A program made the translations under genes and the position numbers. Positions 49,515 to 61,604 of a stretch of DNA of 64,000 nt are shown here, in pieces. Below the pieces are notes generated by a model, which worked only from the letters and a program-made list of their open reading frames with translations, did not search any database and had not been told where the DNA came from. The stretch comes from Iphione sp. A-MEVVRFRX5 (lineage: Eukaryota): assembly GCA_976226885.1 (NCBI GenBank), contig OZ320315.1:79546001-79610000 (forward strand), in the 5' to 3' direction. How positions within the stretch are numbered: position 1 is the first letter of the stretch; each line of letters starts with the position of its first letter.

Positions 49515-52500
49515 AAACACCCATCCACCTTTCAGTTCCGCCTGCAGAGCTGAAGCCAGAAGTCCTGTGGCTTCCGTTTCTAGGTCAGGGCACTGATGGC
49601 AGTTACATGGGAGAGTCTCCTGCAGGGTGCCGGATGACTTAGTTGGTGGGAGGAGAAGAGGAGTGTGCGTGCGTGAGTGGGTCGTGTGTTCGAGTGTGCA
49701 GCAGGTTTGGCTAGGTGGGTGGATTGATAGGCCAGGAGCGAGCAGGGTGAAAAAAAGCAAGGGGATGGGGGAGTGACTTAAAGGGTGGGAGGAAGTTGAT
49801 ATTGTGATGAATGGCTTCGGCAGACTGCAGGAATTTGAGTCTTTTTTTCCCAGGCACATGCTGCGGAACATTTGCAACCGTCACCAGTTACCCGCTCTGT
49901 GTGGCTCTCGCCCCGCCTTCCTCTCCATCCAGCTCTGCCGAGCCTGCTCCACGGGGACAGTATTCTGATGGGTCTCCCGACAGAAACCACGGTCATAAAA
50001 TATCAGTACAAAACATGGCCTAATTAATTTTTCACGGCGTAACCGAAAACCCACTAAAGTGTCCATTACCATTAGGTTCATGGGCCTTTTTTCGGTCATC
50101 ATGTGGAATAGAATTAAAGCGCAAATCCTCATGTGATGATAAAAACTTCCCTCTGCATGTAGGCTTCAATTTGTATAATTCATGTTATCACTAAAACTCG
50201 ATAAAGACCAATGCCTAATGTTGTAAACGTGTACATGGGGAGTTCCTTTTTTAGAGCAAATAAGTCTCCGGTGAGACGGGCATTTTGCAATGAAAGAGAG
50301 AAAAATCAGTATGGACCATGATGGACCAGAATTCAAGCTCTTTCCCCAGAATGCAAGTCCCCGGGAATACCGAGAGGGGCAATTCCCAGTCTGATTTTCC
50401 AGGGTTACATGAGACAATTGAATACACAATTGAATACACGCATGAAGCCGGCGCTCATTGATTCACTTGAGCTGGAGCTATATCCCGCGGGCGTCACCTT
50501 ACCCCCCAGCCTGCCACAGACACCCTAGTACGTACTTCTTTCCCACGCGGGTCCTTTCTGTTTGGATAGCAATCCCCGTGGTACGTGCTATCGGCGCTGC
50601 CTGCCTGTATACCGAAAAGATCTGGGGCACCGCGTTCTAATTCCCTGAGATGATATCACTCTGCTCTGAGACGGTAAGCCAGTGTACGGACAGAACCGTT
50701 TTTTTTCCTCCTTGGTGTCATTGAGAGCGTTCTTTATTTAACGCTGCATGACCCAGTCCCACCTAGCATGTGTGCCTGTTACTGGGAGTCATCTCCATAT
50801 ACTACTAGGACCAGATCCCAACAGTAGCCCCTCTGACCCAGGAGGAGTCATTTAAAGCGCCATCACTGGCGCTGTTTTAGGCCTGGCTTAAAGGTCAGGT
50901 GACAGCGAATAACGGATACATGCACCCCTAATACCCACTGTCATTAGCCAAAGGCCATAAGGTGAGCGGCTCAAACTGCTTCCAACGAGCAGTTCAGCGC
51001 ACTCCGCTAAATCTATTATGCCATCGACCATAGGAGAAACAGCGGCGCTCGTAGCAGGAAAGGCTGACGGCGTTTTATGGGTGCTTTAGCTGAGCGGCCG
51101 GCATGGCGACTGGGACCCATAAACCCAAACTGCAGCATCCCTCAGCGACACCCCCCGCCCCCCGGTTATGTACACATGGTATACACATCAGCGACACCCG
51201 GGCGGCGTGTGATGGCGGCGGACTTTGGTTTGGTTTGGGGGGGGGTGAGTTTATGTGAGCAGCTCGTCCTGCCAGCGACATGGCGGATGAGATTGGGCTT
51301 ACGCGCTAGCTGCTCGATGTAATGGTAGGGGCTGTCGCGGTTGACGGTGGCTTGTTGCAATAAACCCGATTGTAGTTTACCCGCGCCTGATGAGACTAGC
51401 AAGTAAAGTCGTTGGAAAATGGCGCATGGATGGGGCGTATGCAGCAGGCAGCCAGCAGCAGCCGTGAGAAAAGCACAAAGCAAACAAGTCACAGCAGTTA
51501 GTCCAATACTGTATGAGAGTAACTGTTGTGGATGGATAATCATGCACTATCGGCTAGTATTGCTCTCGGTGTGAAATACCGAAGATGAACTTAAAAAATA
51601 GCACGCAAGGTAACAAATAAGGATATTATTAACACTCCAGGCAGAGAGTTAGTGGACCTTTTACCACTTATTGGAGCAACACTCTTGTCAAATCACCCGC
51701 AATAATGAGGCCTCGTGGTGGCTTCTGACTTGACTGCATTGTTCGCCCGCCAACTGTCGACTTGGGGCCCCAGTGCTTAAGGTTGGGCTGGTACCTTTGC
51801 TGACTCTGTCTGGTCGTGCTGTGATTGCGGGTAATCAGCGAACGGCCGTGACTGGTCGTCGCCCAGCAGGGGGGCTGGGGACAGGGCGGGGTCGGTAGCC
51901 CGTATGTCTGCCAGCTTGACAGACGACCAGACAGTAATGGCCGCCGTACCCGTTTACTGTGATTGTACGCCGAATACAACCCATAAACGTGATCAAATCT
52001 CACTGATCAAATCTCACCCAATTTGCAACGATACATTTTCTCATGTGTATATTAGAGCATGTACTTAACTCATGTGACTCGTCATCTCATGAAGAACTGA
52101 TAACCATTCCTTTAAAAAGTCTACAAATATAGTTTATTTCAGTTAAAGTTTTACAATGGTATTGTGAATATTTTACATGTATTTGATTCATATAAGCGCA
52201 CCCTTTATATATGTGAGAGAGACAGACATACAGAGGAATAGACCCGCGCTCGCACAAGAAGAAGAGATGGACAAGCAAAGGTAAATAGAACCAACGACAG
52301 ACAAACCAGGAGAAATCCATACACGTGTACATGTATGTACATGTACTCAGGAGGAGTAACTCGGGCCGCAATGACAGACCAACGTCGGCCAAGAGTGACT
52401 CTTGGTGGGTCTGTGCAAGCAATCCCGCTTCCTCACTTGTCGTGACTCGGACAGCACTAGAGCGTGTGATCGGGAGGGGGGGTAGGTAGCGTCACAAGTC

Positions 52501-54822
52501 TGTCGTATTGATTAGGACCGCATTGGGTCGGGCGGAACCTTGCTCCGGATCGATGGTAGAATATTTGGTCATTTGCGGCCGAATGGGAAGTAAATAATTA
52601 CATCCTGGGCAAATAATGACGCCTGATACAGCGTGGACCCGATCCACTCCTGCCATGTCATGGATCAGTCGGATTACTGATTGCCATTATCCTTCATTAG
52701 GAGGGAGACAATTACATCCTGAGAGGCACTTTGGATGCATTACAAATTGGAAAATAAGTACATCAAACACCAGATGTGTGAAGGCAGTCAGGCAGCGTAG
52801 AATTGCAGATTCCAGGTCCCTCTCTGCATGCTGTGCTCGTGATACTTGCGTAGAAGTTTCATGATGGGTGCGTATTGAAAGCAACTTAATTTCATCCTTC
52901 CTGGGCATACGGGTATGTTAAGTAGAAGCACCATTCCAAATAGGTGCCCTCATTGAATGCCTTTGTTGTATACTACTTGCGCGACATTCCCCAGAAACCT
53001 AGTCGACTTTGTAGGTCATATTTGCATGGCTCTGCCTCAGCTCGCGTCTATATCAGTGGGTTTGTGTGTGTGTGTGTGTTTGCGTGAGTGTATGAGTGGG
53101 TCTGTACATGTGTGTAAATAACAGGATCAATCCAGGCAACTTTGCTAAGATCTACCAAATGTTTGTCGGGAGACGATTTGCATATGGTGATGACTTGGGT
53201 CTCTCCCCACTACCCGAGATGCTAACAGAGATGCAAATAAAGCTCCACTTATAATCCGATACCCAAACGAGCAAAGCTTTTTTTCGCTTTTTGCTTGTAT
53301 TTTTTCCTTAGAGAAGTGGCACTGCATTGTTCAGGAAATCACAAATGTTGTCGAAATCTTCACACGAGAACATTAACGTTGGTATGTAAAGACTGCTCTT
53401 GAAAGCGAACCTTCGCTTTATGCATAGGTTCCGTGAAAGCAGGCCTGGAGATAAGAGAACCTTTTAACATTGAGGTGTCGCTTATCACAGCCAGCCTGTC
53501 TGCCTACATCACTGATAACGAACCTAATGACTATTTGGGGTTCGACAACTTCTTCTCAGGCCGTTTCCCCAATAGTGTGCAGGCCCCAGATCCTCAGCGC
53601 GCAACACGAAGCGTGCCATATATGGCTTCCGTAATGAGTATTAAGCTGGAATGATACCGTTGTTAATTGGACTGATAAGAGTTTTATTATTGCTCCTTCA
53701 TCTGTTTTCAGACCCGGAAAGGATATAAATAGCTTTGCCGACGTGTGGTGCTCGGCTTGATATGTTGAAGCTGCGGGTTTCTTTTTCAGTGGCCGCAAGA
53801 TGGAGGTGGGCAGGAATGATCGTAGATGAAATGTCAGACCCTGGCTAAGAATATGCAAGGCCTTGGCCGGTGTCTGTCGTTGACTGACAGGCAGGAGGTG
53901 CAGGTCAAAGTATCTTCCTAGTCCTGTCTGTCTCAAGTTGCAGACGTTGCCAGGCAGTGACAGATTGCATTCCCTATTCATCTCAACCAGCCTTGCTTCC
54001 ACCTCCCCCGTTAATCCACCCCTCCCACATTCGTCATATACATGTAGCCTTAAATCTTCATCTTTTTCCCAGTGCTCCTTTGCCCTGTCTGCCACTTATA
54101 TCCCAGCTTATCCCCATTTCCCCTCACGTCATCCATTGCGCATCTCATTCCTCTAAACTCTGTCTCCCTTCAATTTTCTTCTTTTACTCTCAACTTGTTT
54201 CACACTGCCTGCTCCACTCTCCTCCCAGGCCCTTCCTCATCTTTAAACATACATGTATTTACATGTTAATGCCCTGTGTAGCCACCATACCTCCTCTACA
54301 TCATCCCCCTACATCCTTATAGCTGATCCCCTGTGTTTTATTCAACCCATATGTTTAGTAGTCACTGCATCCTTCGTTGACTCCAGCAATATGTCATGTA
54401 TTCCCTAGAACCCCAATGCTTTCAACCGTCCCATATGTTCCCTCCCCTCCCCACCCCGATCCCCACCAACCAATATTTCATCAGAGTACACATGCCTCAT
54501 ATGGGTCCCCTATATCGACCTGGCCTAGCCGGGTAGATCCCCTCCCCATCGCACCCTGCTTGACCCTCGTCATTCCATCCCGGTTTTCTTCAGTGCAAGT
54601 CTTGTCCACCTGCTCCCTCGTCTCTGCTATTTAAAATGGGAAGCCCTGCTACTTCCTCCCGCATTACACGGTCTTTTAGCCGGGCAGCTTTCCCCCCATC
54701 CCTTCAGCCTATCCCTTATCACCCAAGCTTAACCTACCCCAACAACCATTAATCTTTGCCTCTGCATCACCCCCCCCCCCCGCTTCTCCCGATCCTCACT
54801 GTCCGGGCGCACGGCTCACCCA

Positions 54823-54898
54823 TTACCGTGGCAACCATGTCGACCCAGTTTCAGCTTGACCTTTTACCCCCGGGCTGACCCCACCTGACCTCGGACCT
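54823..54898 (-). promoter_or_regulatory. Composite DR4/DR1 nuclear-receptor cluster next to an RFX X-box-like motif
   Basis: TGACCC-CACC-TGACCT-C-GGACCT at 54876-54898, TGACCT at 54857 and ATTACCGTGGCAAC at 54823. Confidence 0.4.
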
Positions 54899-57800
54899 GT
54901 TCTCGATCGTTTCCTGTTGACAGGGCACGCATTGACGCGGCTTGTTTGCCGATATATGTTCAATAGCCGGAATTGCGTTAGCATCGATGCTACTATCAGT
55001 TCGTTCATTGAGTGACGATCGCCTCCATAACGGCTGGGCGAGCACAAAAATTGTGCTTCGCTGGAAGCAATTGCTTAACCGTCCTGATCATTTTACAATG
55101 CCACCTGAAACATTAAATGCAATTGCACATTACGACCTGCCTCGATTTAGTCTTCAGATATGCCACACTTGTCTTCGTTGAGAAAATGTCTCCGATGGGG
55201 ATCTGGTAGCATTCCTATGAAGCCATGGGGCTGTCGAATCATGCGAGAATTATTTCTCGGTAGTTTTTGTTATGTGGTCGATGCTTGCTTAAAATAATAG
55301 GGGCAGCAGTTTATTGAATTTAATGCGTTTGAGCCACAACACATCACCTTCACTGGGGCTTTGCCTAGCGTTGATTGAATTTTGGTATTTTGCTTGTTTG
55401 TCGATGTTGTCTCAATATAAATGCGACAAAATAACCCACTTTTCATTTTGATTGCCTTCGCTTGCTCGTGGCAAAGACCTGTCCACGGAAATTGCCTTTT
55501 TTGTATGTTTATGGCCGTGTTAATCGCATGTAGATATCGAGAAAATGGACTGAATGTTTCCCAGGCGAGATACCATCAGGCATGTCCATCATGTTCCACT
55601 ACCCTTATATCCCAACCCTCATAATCCCAATAAAATGACCGTCCAATTTACCGAGCGACGCTCAGCAAATGGAAGGCCCCATATCATGAACCTAGGGACA
55701 GATAAAAGTGGCCAGGCACCGAATAACCCCTGAGTATTTCCGAACCCCAGCTCACGACAGCGGGTGCGTTCGTAAAGGCTGATTGCTCAGGGAAACCAGC
55801 AGAAGCCTGCAAGATTAGTTCTTGTAGGGTCCGATAGAGGATTAGACATGACCTGGAAAACAGGAGGCTATTGGGATATCCTCAGCAGGTTTTTGTCCCA
55901 TGTTTCAGTATCCTTAGGATGTCTTTATTCTTCACTTGGGGTTTTATTTGGGGTATAGAGTTAATGAAAAAAAAACACTGATAGGGGAACAGTATATATG
56001 CATGAGGATGTAGCTGGTCCTGCAGTTCCTCAGGGAAGTCTCTGATGCATATAGTTTGAGGATGGCTCTTGTAGCATCGGTCCGTATGACAAAGGGACCG
56101 TCAAGACATGCTGCCTTCGACACTGCTTACCTGTCTTGCATGTTTTAATATCGGATGATCCATGGAAAACAAAGAGGAGCGGATCCTTAACGAATTGCCG
56201 TGTACATGTATAATGCATACCGCACATTACAGGCTAATAACAGCCCTGTTTGGGTGAGAGTTTGTTAATAATCCCTTATGAATTACGAATGCGCTTTGGC
56301 CCATGCATTTTACGTGATGGCTCGATGGCACGGTCGATCCCCAAGGGAGAGCCCGGCGATGGCCATGTCTGCACGGTAATCCATTTGAATGTCCGTGGGA
56401 TATGTATGACCCTCAGTCTCCCCCCCCCCCTATACCCATCCCCATTGCACAAACGCTATCCCAACCCTACCCACCTAACCCCATCCTCTTCTCTTCTCCC
56501 CGCCGCCGCCGCCGCCTCCCACATCCGCCGCGGCAGAGAACAGCATGCTATTATATTTCATGCAGGCTTTGCATTTAGCATGTCAGCAAAAGAGCATGTC
56601 ATGCATTAAGGATGCTTGCAAAATAACGCTGTCCTCGGGTGACATGTGATGGAACCTTGTAATAAAAGCGGCGAGGGCGCCGGGGCCTGGTTAGTAGAGA
56701 GGTGGGTTGTCTGGTGCTTTAAGCTTGAAGTCGTACACATGCGTGCATTTGCTAGTTCGTTATAATGTGGGTTAGCAGGTATGTTCGTTGGTTTGTCGGT
56801 TAATAGGGGTGCTTGACCAGGTTACAGCTGTGTGGTTGGTAGGAATGTTGAGTGGTTCATTGGCAGTCTGACTAGTTAGCTGATAACTGAGACATTATGT
56901 TGCTTTTGTTGTCGAATGGTGTCCCTTTTCGGTCAATGGGCTAACCAGTAGCTTGGTAGTGGATGCGTTGACAAAGCCAAGTGGGTTGTTCGTTGGATGC
57001 GCCGCCGGTAGGTCCGAAGGATAGGGGTTAGTTATGGTCACTTGGGAGGGGGGAGAGGGAGGGGGCCGCTCCGCCCTAACGGTACTTTAGTGCTTTTCAC
57101 GCGATGATTTATGTCCAGAAGCTGTATATGTCATCGCTGCCCGTGCGGATGATCAAGCCTGTAATATTCCCCAGGGGTAGATAGACTACGGTTCCTGAGA
57201 ACACAATGTAACAGCTCCAGCTTTGGATACGCAGGCTCCTCAGAGGCAGGCAAAAGGCCAACAAACAGGGAAAAAAAAACAGAAAAAACACAATCATACT
57301 TGGACTATCATGTATAGTGCGGTTCCAGGAAATGAAAAAAAAAAGATTCACCTACGTAGGATATGATATGGTGACCTACATTGCTGTGTTGTTTTCATGG
57401 CCTGCTTGAGATACCTGTTACAGGCTTGTGAGAAGGGTCACCTAAGGTAACAGAGGGGAGATGGCACTTGGCGTAGTACAGTCCGTGTTTAATTTAAACT
57501 CTGCCTTTCCCCTTGTTGCCCAAACCATTGTCCCCCAGATTTGGGCATTGTATCAAGTACAGTGTGATTGCTTTAGGGATTTGGGGATCCACCCCTCCCT
57601 GGTACCATCGACTAGTTTCTAGATTAAGTCAGCTGTTCTTGAATAACAAACATACGACTGAAGAAAAGTTATCTGCATTGACAAGAACGCATTTGTATTG
57701 ATTCGGGGTCAATTAAATCTTTCGCCCTGTAATATAACAACAGCCAACTAGGAACACTTTGATATGAGTGGAGCAATACTTCTAGTTGGTATTCCCATAC

Positions 57801-58038
57801 ACATGATTCAGTGTTTAGAGGAATATAAGGAGACGACGAATGAATGACTTTTTAGAAATAGCATTCCAAAATTTATTTATATTCACAGGGAACTAGAAAT
57901 CCTTTTTACTGCCTCTTTTATCATTTCATGTCAATCTAAGTATCAGCTCTCCCATGACTGGTGTCAGTATGTATCTACATACGGTCAGTTTTTTTTGCAC
58001 ATTATATTCTTTCACTTTCCCCAAGCACATGTTTGGGT

Positions 58039-58466
58039 TGTGCAGATCCAGGTTAGTTAGTTAGTTACCTTTTACCATCAAAGCACCTGCACATCCTGGT
58101 CAGCTAGTGACCTGTTTCCTTCGTACAACCTGTACATCCAGGTTACAATTTCCTTCACACTACCTGTACATCCAGGTTACTTAGTTATCTAGTACCTTCA
58201 GACTACCTGTACATCCAGGCTAGTCGGTTACCTTGTACCTTACCACTACCTGTACATCCAGGTTAGCTAATTACATGTTTCTGTTACACTACATGTACTT
58301 GTACATCCAGGTTAATTAGTTAGACTACTTGTACATCTAGGCTAGTCAGTTACCTTGTGTGTTCACACTACTTGTACATCAAGGTTAGTTAATTACCTGT
58401 TTTCTTTAGACTTCTTGTACATCCAGGTTACCTAGTACCTTCAGACTACCTGTACATCCAGGTTAG
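58039..58466 (+). repeat. Minisatellite, about 11 copies, basal period 43 bp, conserved core C(C/T)TGTACATCCAGGTTA
   Basis: Cores start at about 58039, 58086, 58129, 58163, 58206, 58249, 58298, 58328, 58371, 58414 and 58449. The spacers are mutually related. Confidence 0.9.
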
Positions 58467-60939
58467 TTGATGTCGTGCATCTACAGGTCAAGGGCATTCC
58501 TAGACAACCATAAACAGGTAAGAGTGCAGTTCAAAAGATTCCTGCGTCTGATAGACACGGCCAGCGTTTGGCTAACCACCCCCCTCCCTCTCCTCCGCCT
58601 CCCCCTCCCCTCCCAACCAGACAGACACACACACACCCTTTCTCAGGAACAAAGGAGTAGGACTGTAAGCGTCTGGCAGACGTTTCGCATCGTCTGTGTC
58701 GATTTCTTTGTGGAAAGCTTTCATTATTTAGTATCAGGTTCGAAAGTTCATCAAGCACGACTCGACCCTGAGAGAGGCCATGGCACGTGCCAAATAACAG
58801 ATTGAATTGTTAGGGAGGAAAAATCTTATGTGATTGAGTAGACAATTAATTTAATTAATGCAGTTAGGTTCTGTTAGTCATATATCTTTTGCCGCCTTTG
58901 TTTTGAAATTAATTTCATCATTTTCGCTCAGTTTACATGTGTGCGGACACAAATTTTACCACTCATTCTTTTATCGTTTAAGAGTGAGACAGGTATAGAA
59001 CGTAGTAGTGCTGGATCGGCAACCACTGCTTTAATGTGCGAATATGTGAACCTTCCAGAGTGATTTAACATCTACTTATAAGTTTGAAGTTTTAGTAGAT
59101 GATTGTATAAAGTGTGAACTATTTGATGGCATCTTTTGAAAAATCATGTCTTTTGAAATGACATATTACAAGTCTGATGAGAATATTTGATTCTTAACGA
59201 CGTTATACTGTATTAATTCCTGCTGTGGTCTACTGTGGAAATAAAATAAAGAACTGAGTTTCAGTTATGCCTGCTTGTTACCAAGTCTGTGAGGTAATCA
59301 CTGAAAACTACATGGGAATCCGAAATGACGGGACAATCACTCAGAGTGAGTCCGTCCTCAGCCCGGGCTTCATCACGCTTACAAATGAGCAGCGAATCCC
59401 ACTGTCAAGTGATGTCAGGCTGTTTGGGAGCGGCTCGGTTCGCTCACAGCGAGCTGTTCAGAAGTGCGAAGTCCGACTTTCCCTCCTCATTCTTCATGCA
59501 TGGCCAGGAGCGTCGTGGCGCCTCCCTGGAGGCGCAACTCTTGGTTGAGCCATCTCCTCATTTCTGCCCCCCGTGCTCGTCACAAAACTCTTTTGTTCTA
59601 GCTCTTAAAGCTCCCGACTACACAGCTCGTAATATCCCCACCCACCCCTCTTGGGGCACGTTCTGACACTCCAGGATATTGGCTTATGTACCTTAACAGG
59701 GCTTTCTCATGTTAAAGGACGATAGCAGTAGGCGGATTCCCTCCTTTGCATGTGTTTTTTTAACAAGGAAAGCATGTTTTCCAATTTCATCGCTGGTAAT
59801 TTCATACCTTTCCAGAGACTATTTCACTCTCGACACCCAGGCGCACTTTAACGTCTGTCCCGACTTTAAAGGAGTGTAACATATCTGTCTTCTTTCAGTG
59901 CAGTTTTTTTCGGGGGGGGATGGGGGGGTTCGAATTCCTTTTTCAGCAACTTTAAGCTATTAACAGAGTCAATTTCAGTGCGCGGTCTCAAATTTATAGC
60001 CTTCTGGTGGATATTTGGAGACAAAACCGATTAATCGTTTTAGCTTCATTTGTTTTCAAGTTTCTGGTTGCCCTTTTCTAGTAAAACATGATCTGCCAGA
60101 GGACCGCATTTTGGACTATTCGTCTTCATGGACTGTGGTCGATAATTCATTCTGGAAGAGAACAAAAGAAAACTTTTCGAAAAAAAAATGAAAAGTTTGC
60201 GTGTAGCCCTGAGATAGGCAGCCAGGCGCTCTACGAGTGTTCTAGAATATTCTCTTGCAGACTGCCCAGGGGAGCTGTATGGACAGCCGGATGTTGTCAA
60301 GGCTTGCCGTCGCTCTCCTGCAGCTGGCGCTTTATCCCAGAGGTGGCCCTGCCCAGAACACAAGTTTGGTTTCTATGACTGCCTAGGCAATGCCAGCCGT
60401 ACCCTTCAAGATATCCCCCATACACCGTCAAGTTCTCTAGCATATCCTTCCTTAATCTCCCTGGACGCCTTTGCCTGCAGGAGAGGGGAGTGTGGGGCGG
60501 GGGTGTTTTATGTGTGTGTGGATGTGCCCCTAGACCTGGTCGTTTCTCTCATGTCTTTATAGCAGGTGCCTTTTGCTACCTTCTCTTTAAAGAAAAACCT
60601 TAACTTGGCTTCTGATGTACATATTTTGGTCACCAACAACTGGAATTTTACTTCCAAAGGCTTTCCTACTTGCTCACGATTAACTCTTCCTGGAGGGTTT
60701 GCTGGAGTCCCATGTGAAAAATGATACTCCAAGAACAGAGCACATCGTCCGAAAGGTTCATCAACGTTGAAAAGCTCATTTCCGTACCTTATGGACTTGG
60801 CTTGGAGCAGCCTTTGAAGCCTAACGCTTGCCGGGAGGGGCTCAATGAGATGAGCCACTCCTCTTCGTCATGATATACATGTGGCGGTCGCCCGGTGGTA
60901 GGTCATTATGAGTGTAGTTCAAAGTCACTCGTGTGACGC

Positions 60940-60953
60940 CCACCAGATGGCGC
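60940..60953 (+). promoter_or_regulatory. CTCF-like motif
   Basis: CCACCAGATGGCGC fits the CCAC(C/T)AG(A/G)(G/T)GGC(A/G)C core. Confidence 0.4.
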
Positions 60954-61577
60954 CCAAGGCGGGAGGTCACACGCCGACTTAGCAAAGTGACAGGTGGCGG
61001 CGCGCTGCGGTCGCCTCTTTCCCTCCAGTGGACTAGCCCCCCAAACCCACTTTCCCCTCCCACTGTCAAATCGCAGCTTCACTCTCACCTAACTCGTACC
61101 CTCGCTGAGCCTGCTCTTTCTCAATCAATACTTCTTGGCTGGCCCTTTTCGTCCAACCCACTAACCCGCCCACCCAACCTCCCTCCTCCTTCCATGACCG
61201 TGCACACGTGGCATTTATCGAAGAATTGGGCCCTAATGAATGGTCTCTTCACGTTCACCTACAAGGTCACCAGAGGTTGGGTCAGGGATCGGCGATGAAG
61301 CGGTAATCGATTTCACTTAGCCATTGACCGCGTGACCACTATAATCGAATTACCTGTCTCTATAATGCCCATCACTTCTATTACATGCTGTAGTTATATC
61401 TTACACCATGACCCCATGAAAAGTTCAGTGAAGGAACTGCATGTATTACACACGTTCTATCTGTATGGAAGTTAAAACCACCCCTGCCACCAGCTCCTAC
61501 TATTATAGCCAGTAATGGCCCAGACTCGGACTTGATCTGCCATATAATCATTCAGAATTGTGTCTCTTGCTCAGACG

Positions 61578-61604
61578 TCTTTCTTTTTTTTATTCCAGGT
61601 GAGT
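61578..61604 (+). other. Recursive-splice-like site (3' splice site fused to 5' splice site)
   Basis: tctttcttttttttattccAG|GTGAGT; 18 of the 19 nt before AG are pyrimidines. A possible downstream donor AAG|GTAGGA is at 61647. Confidence 0.5.

Noticed and set aside
49157-49877. Long ORFs with poly-G, poly-V, poly-W and poly-H runs
   Set aside because: These are translations of the (CCA)n microsatellite.
51388-51420. Hammerhead ribozyme (CTGATGA followed by a GACT/AGTC stem)
   Set aside because: The stem is followed by GTTG instead of the required GAAA, and stems I and III are not evident. The same problem applies to CTGATGA at about 59174.
58039-58466. CRISPR array
   Set aside because: The spacers are homologous to each other and variable in length, the core is only about 17 bp, there are no cas genes and the context is eukaryotic.
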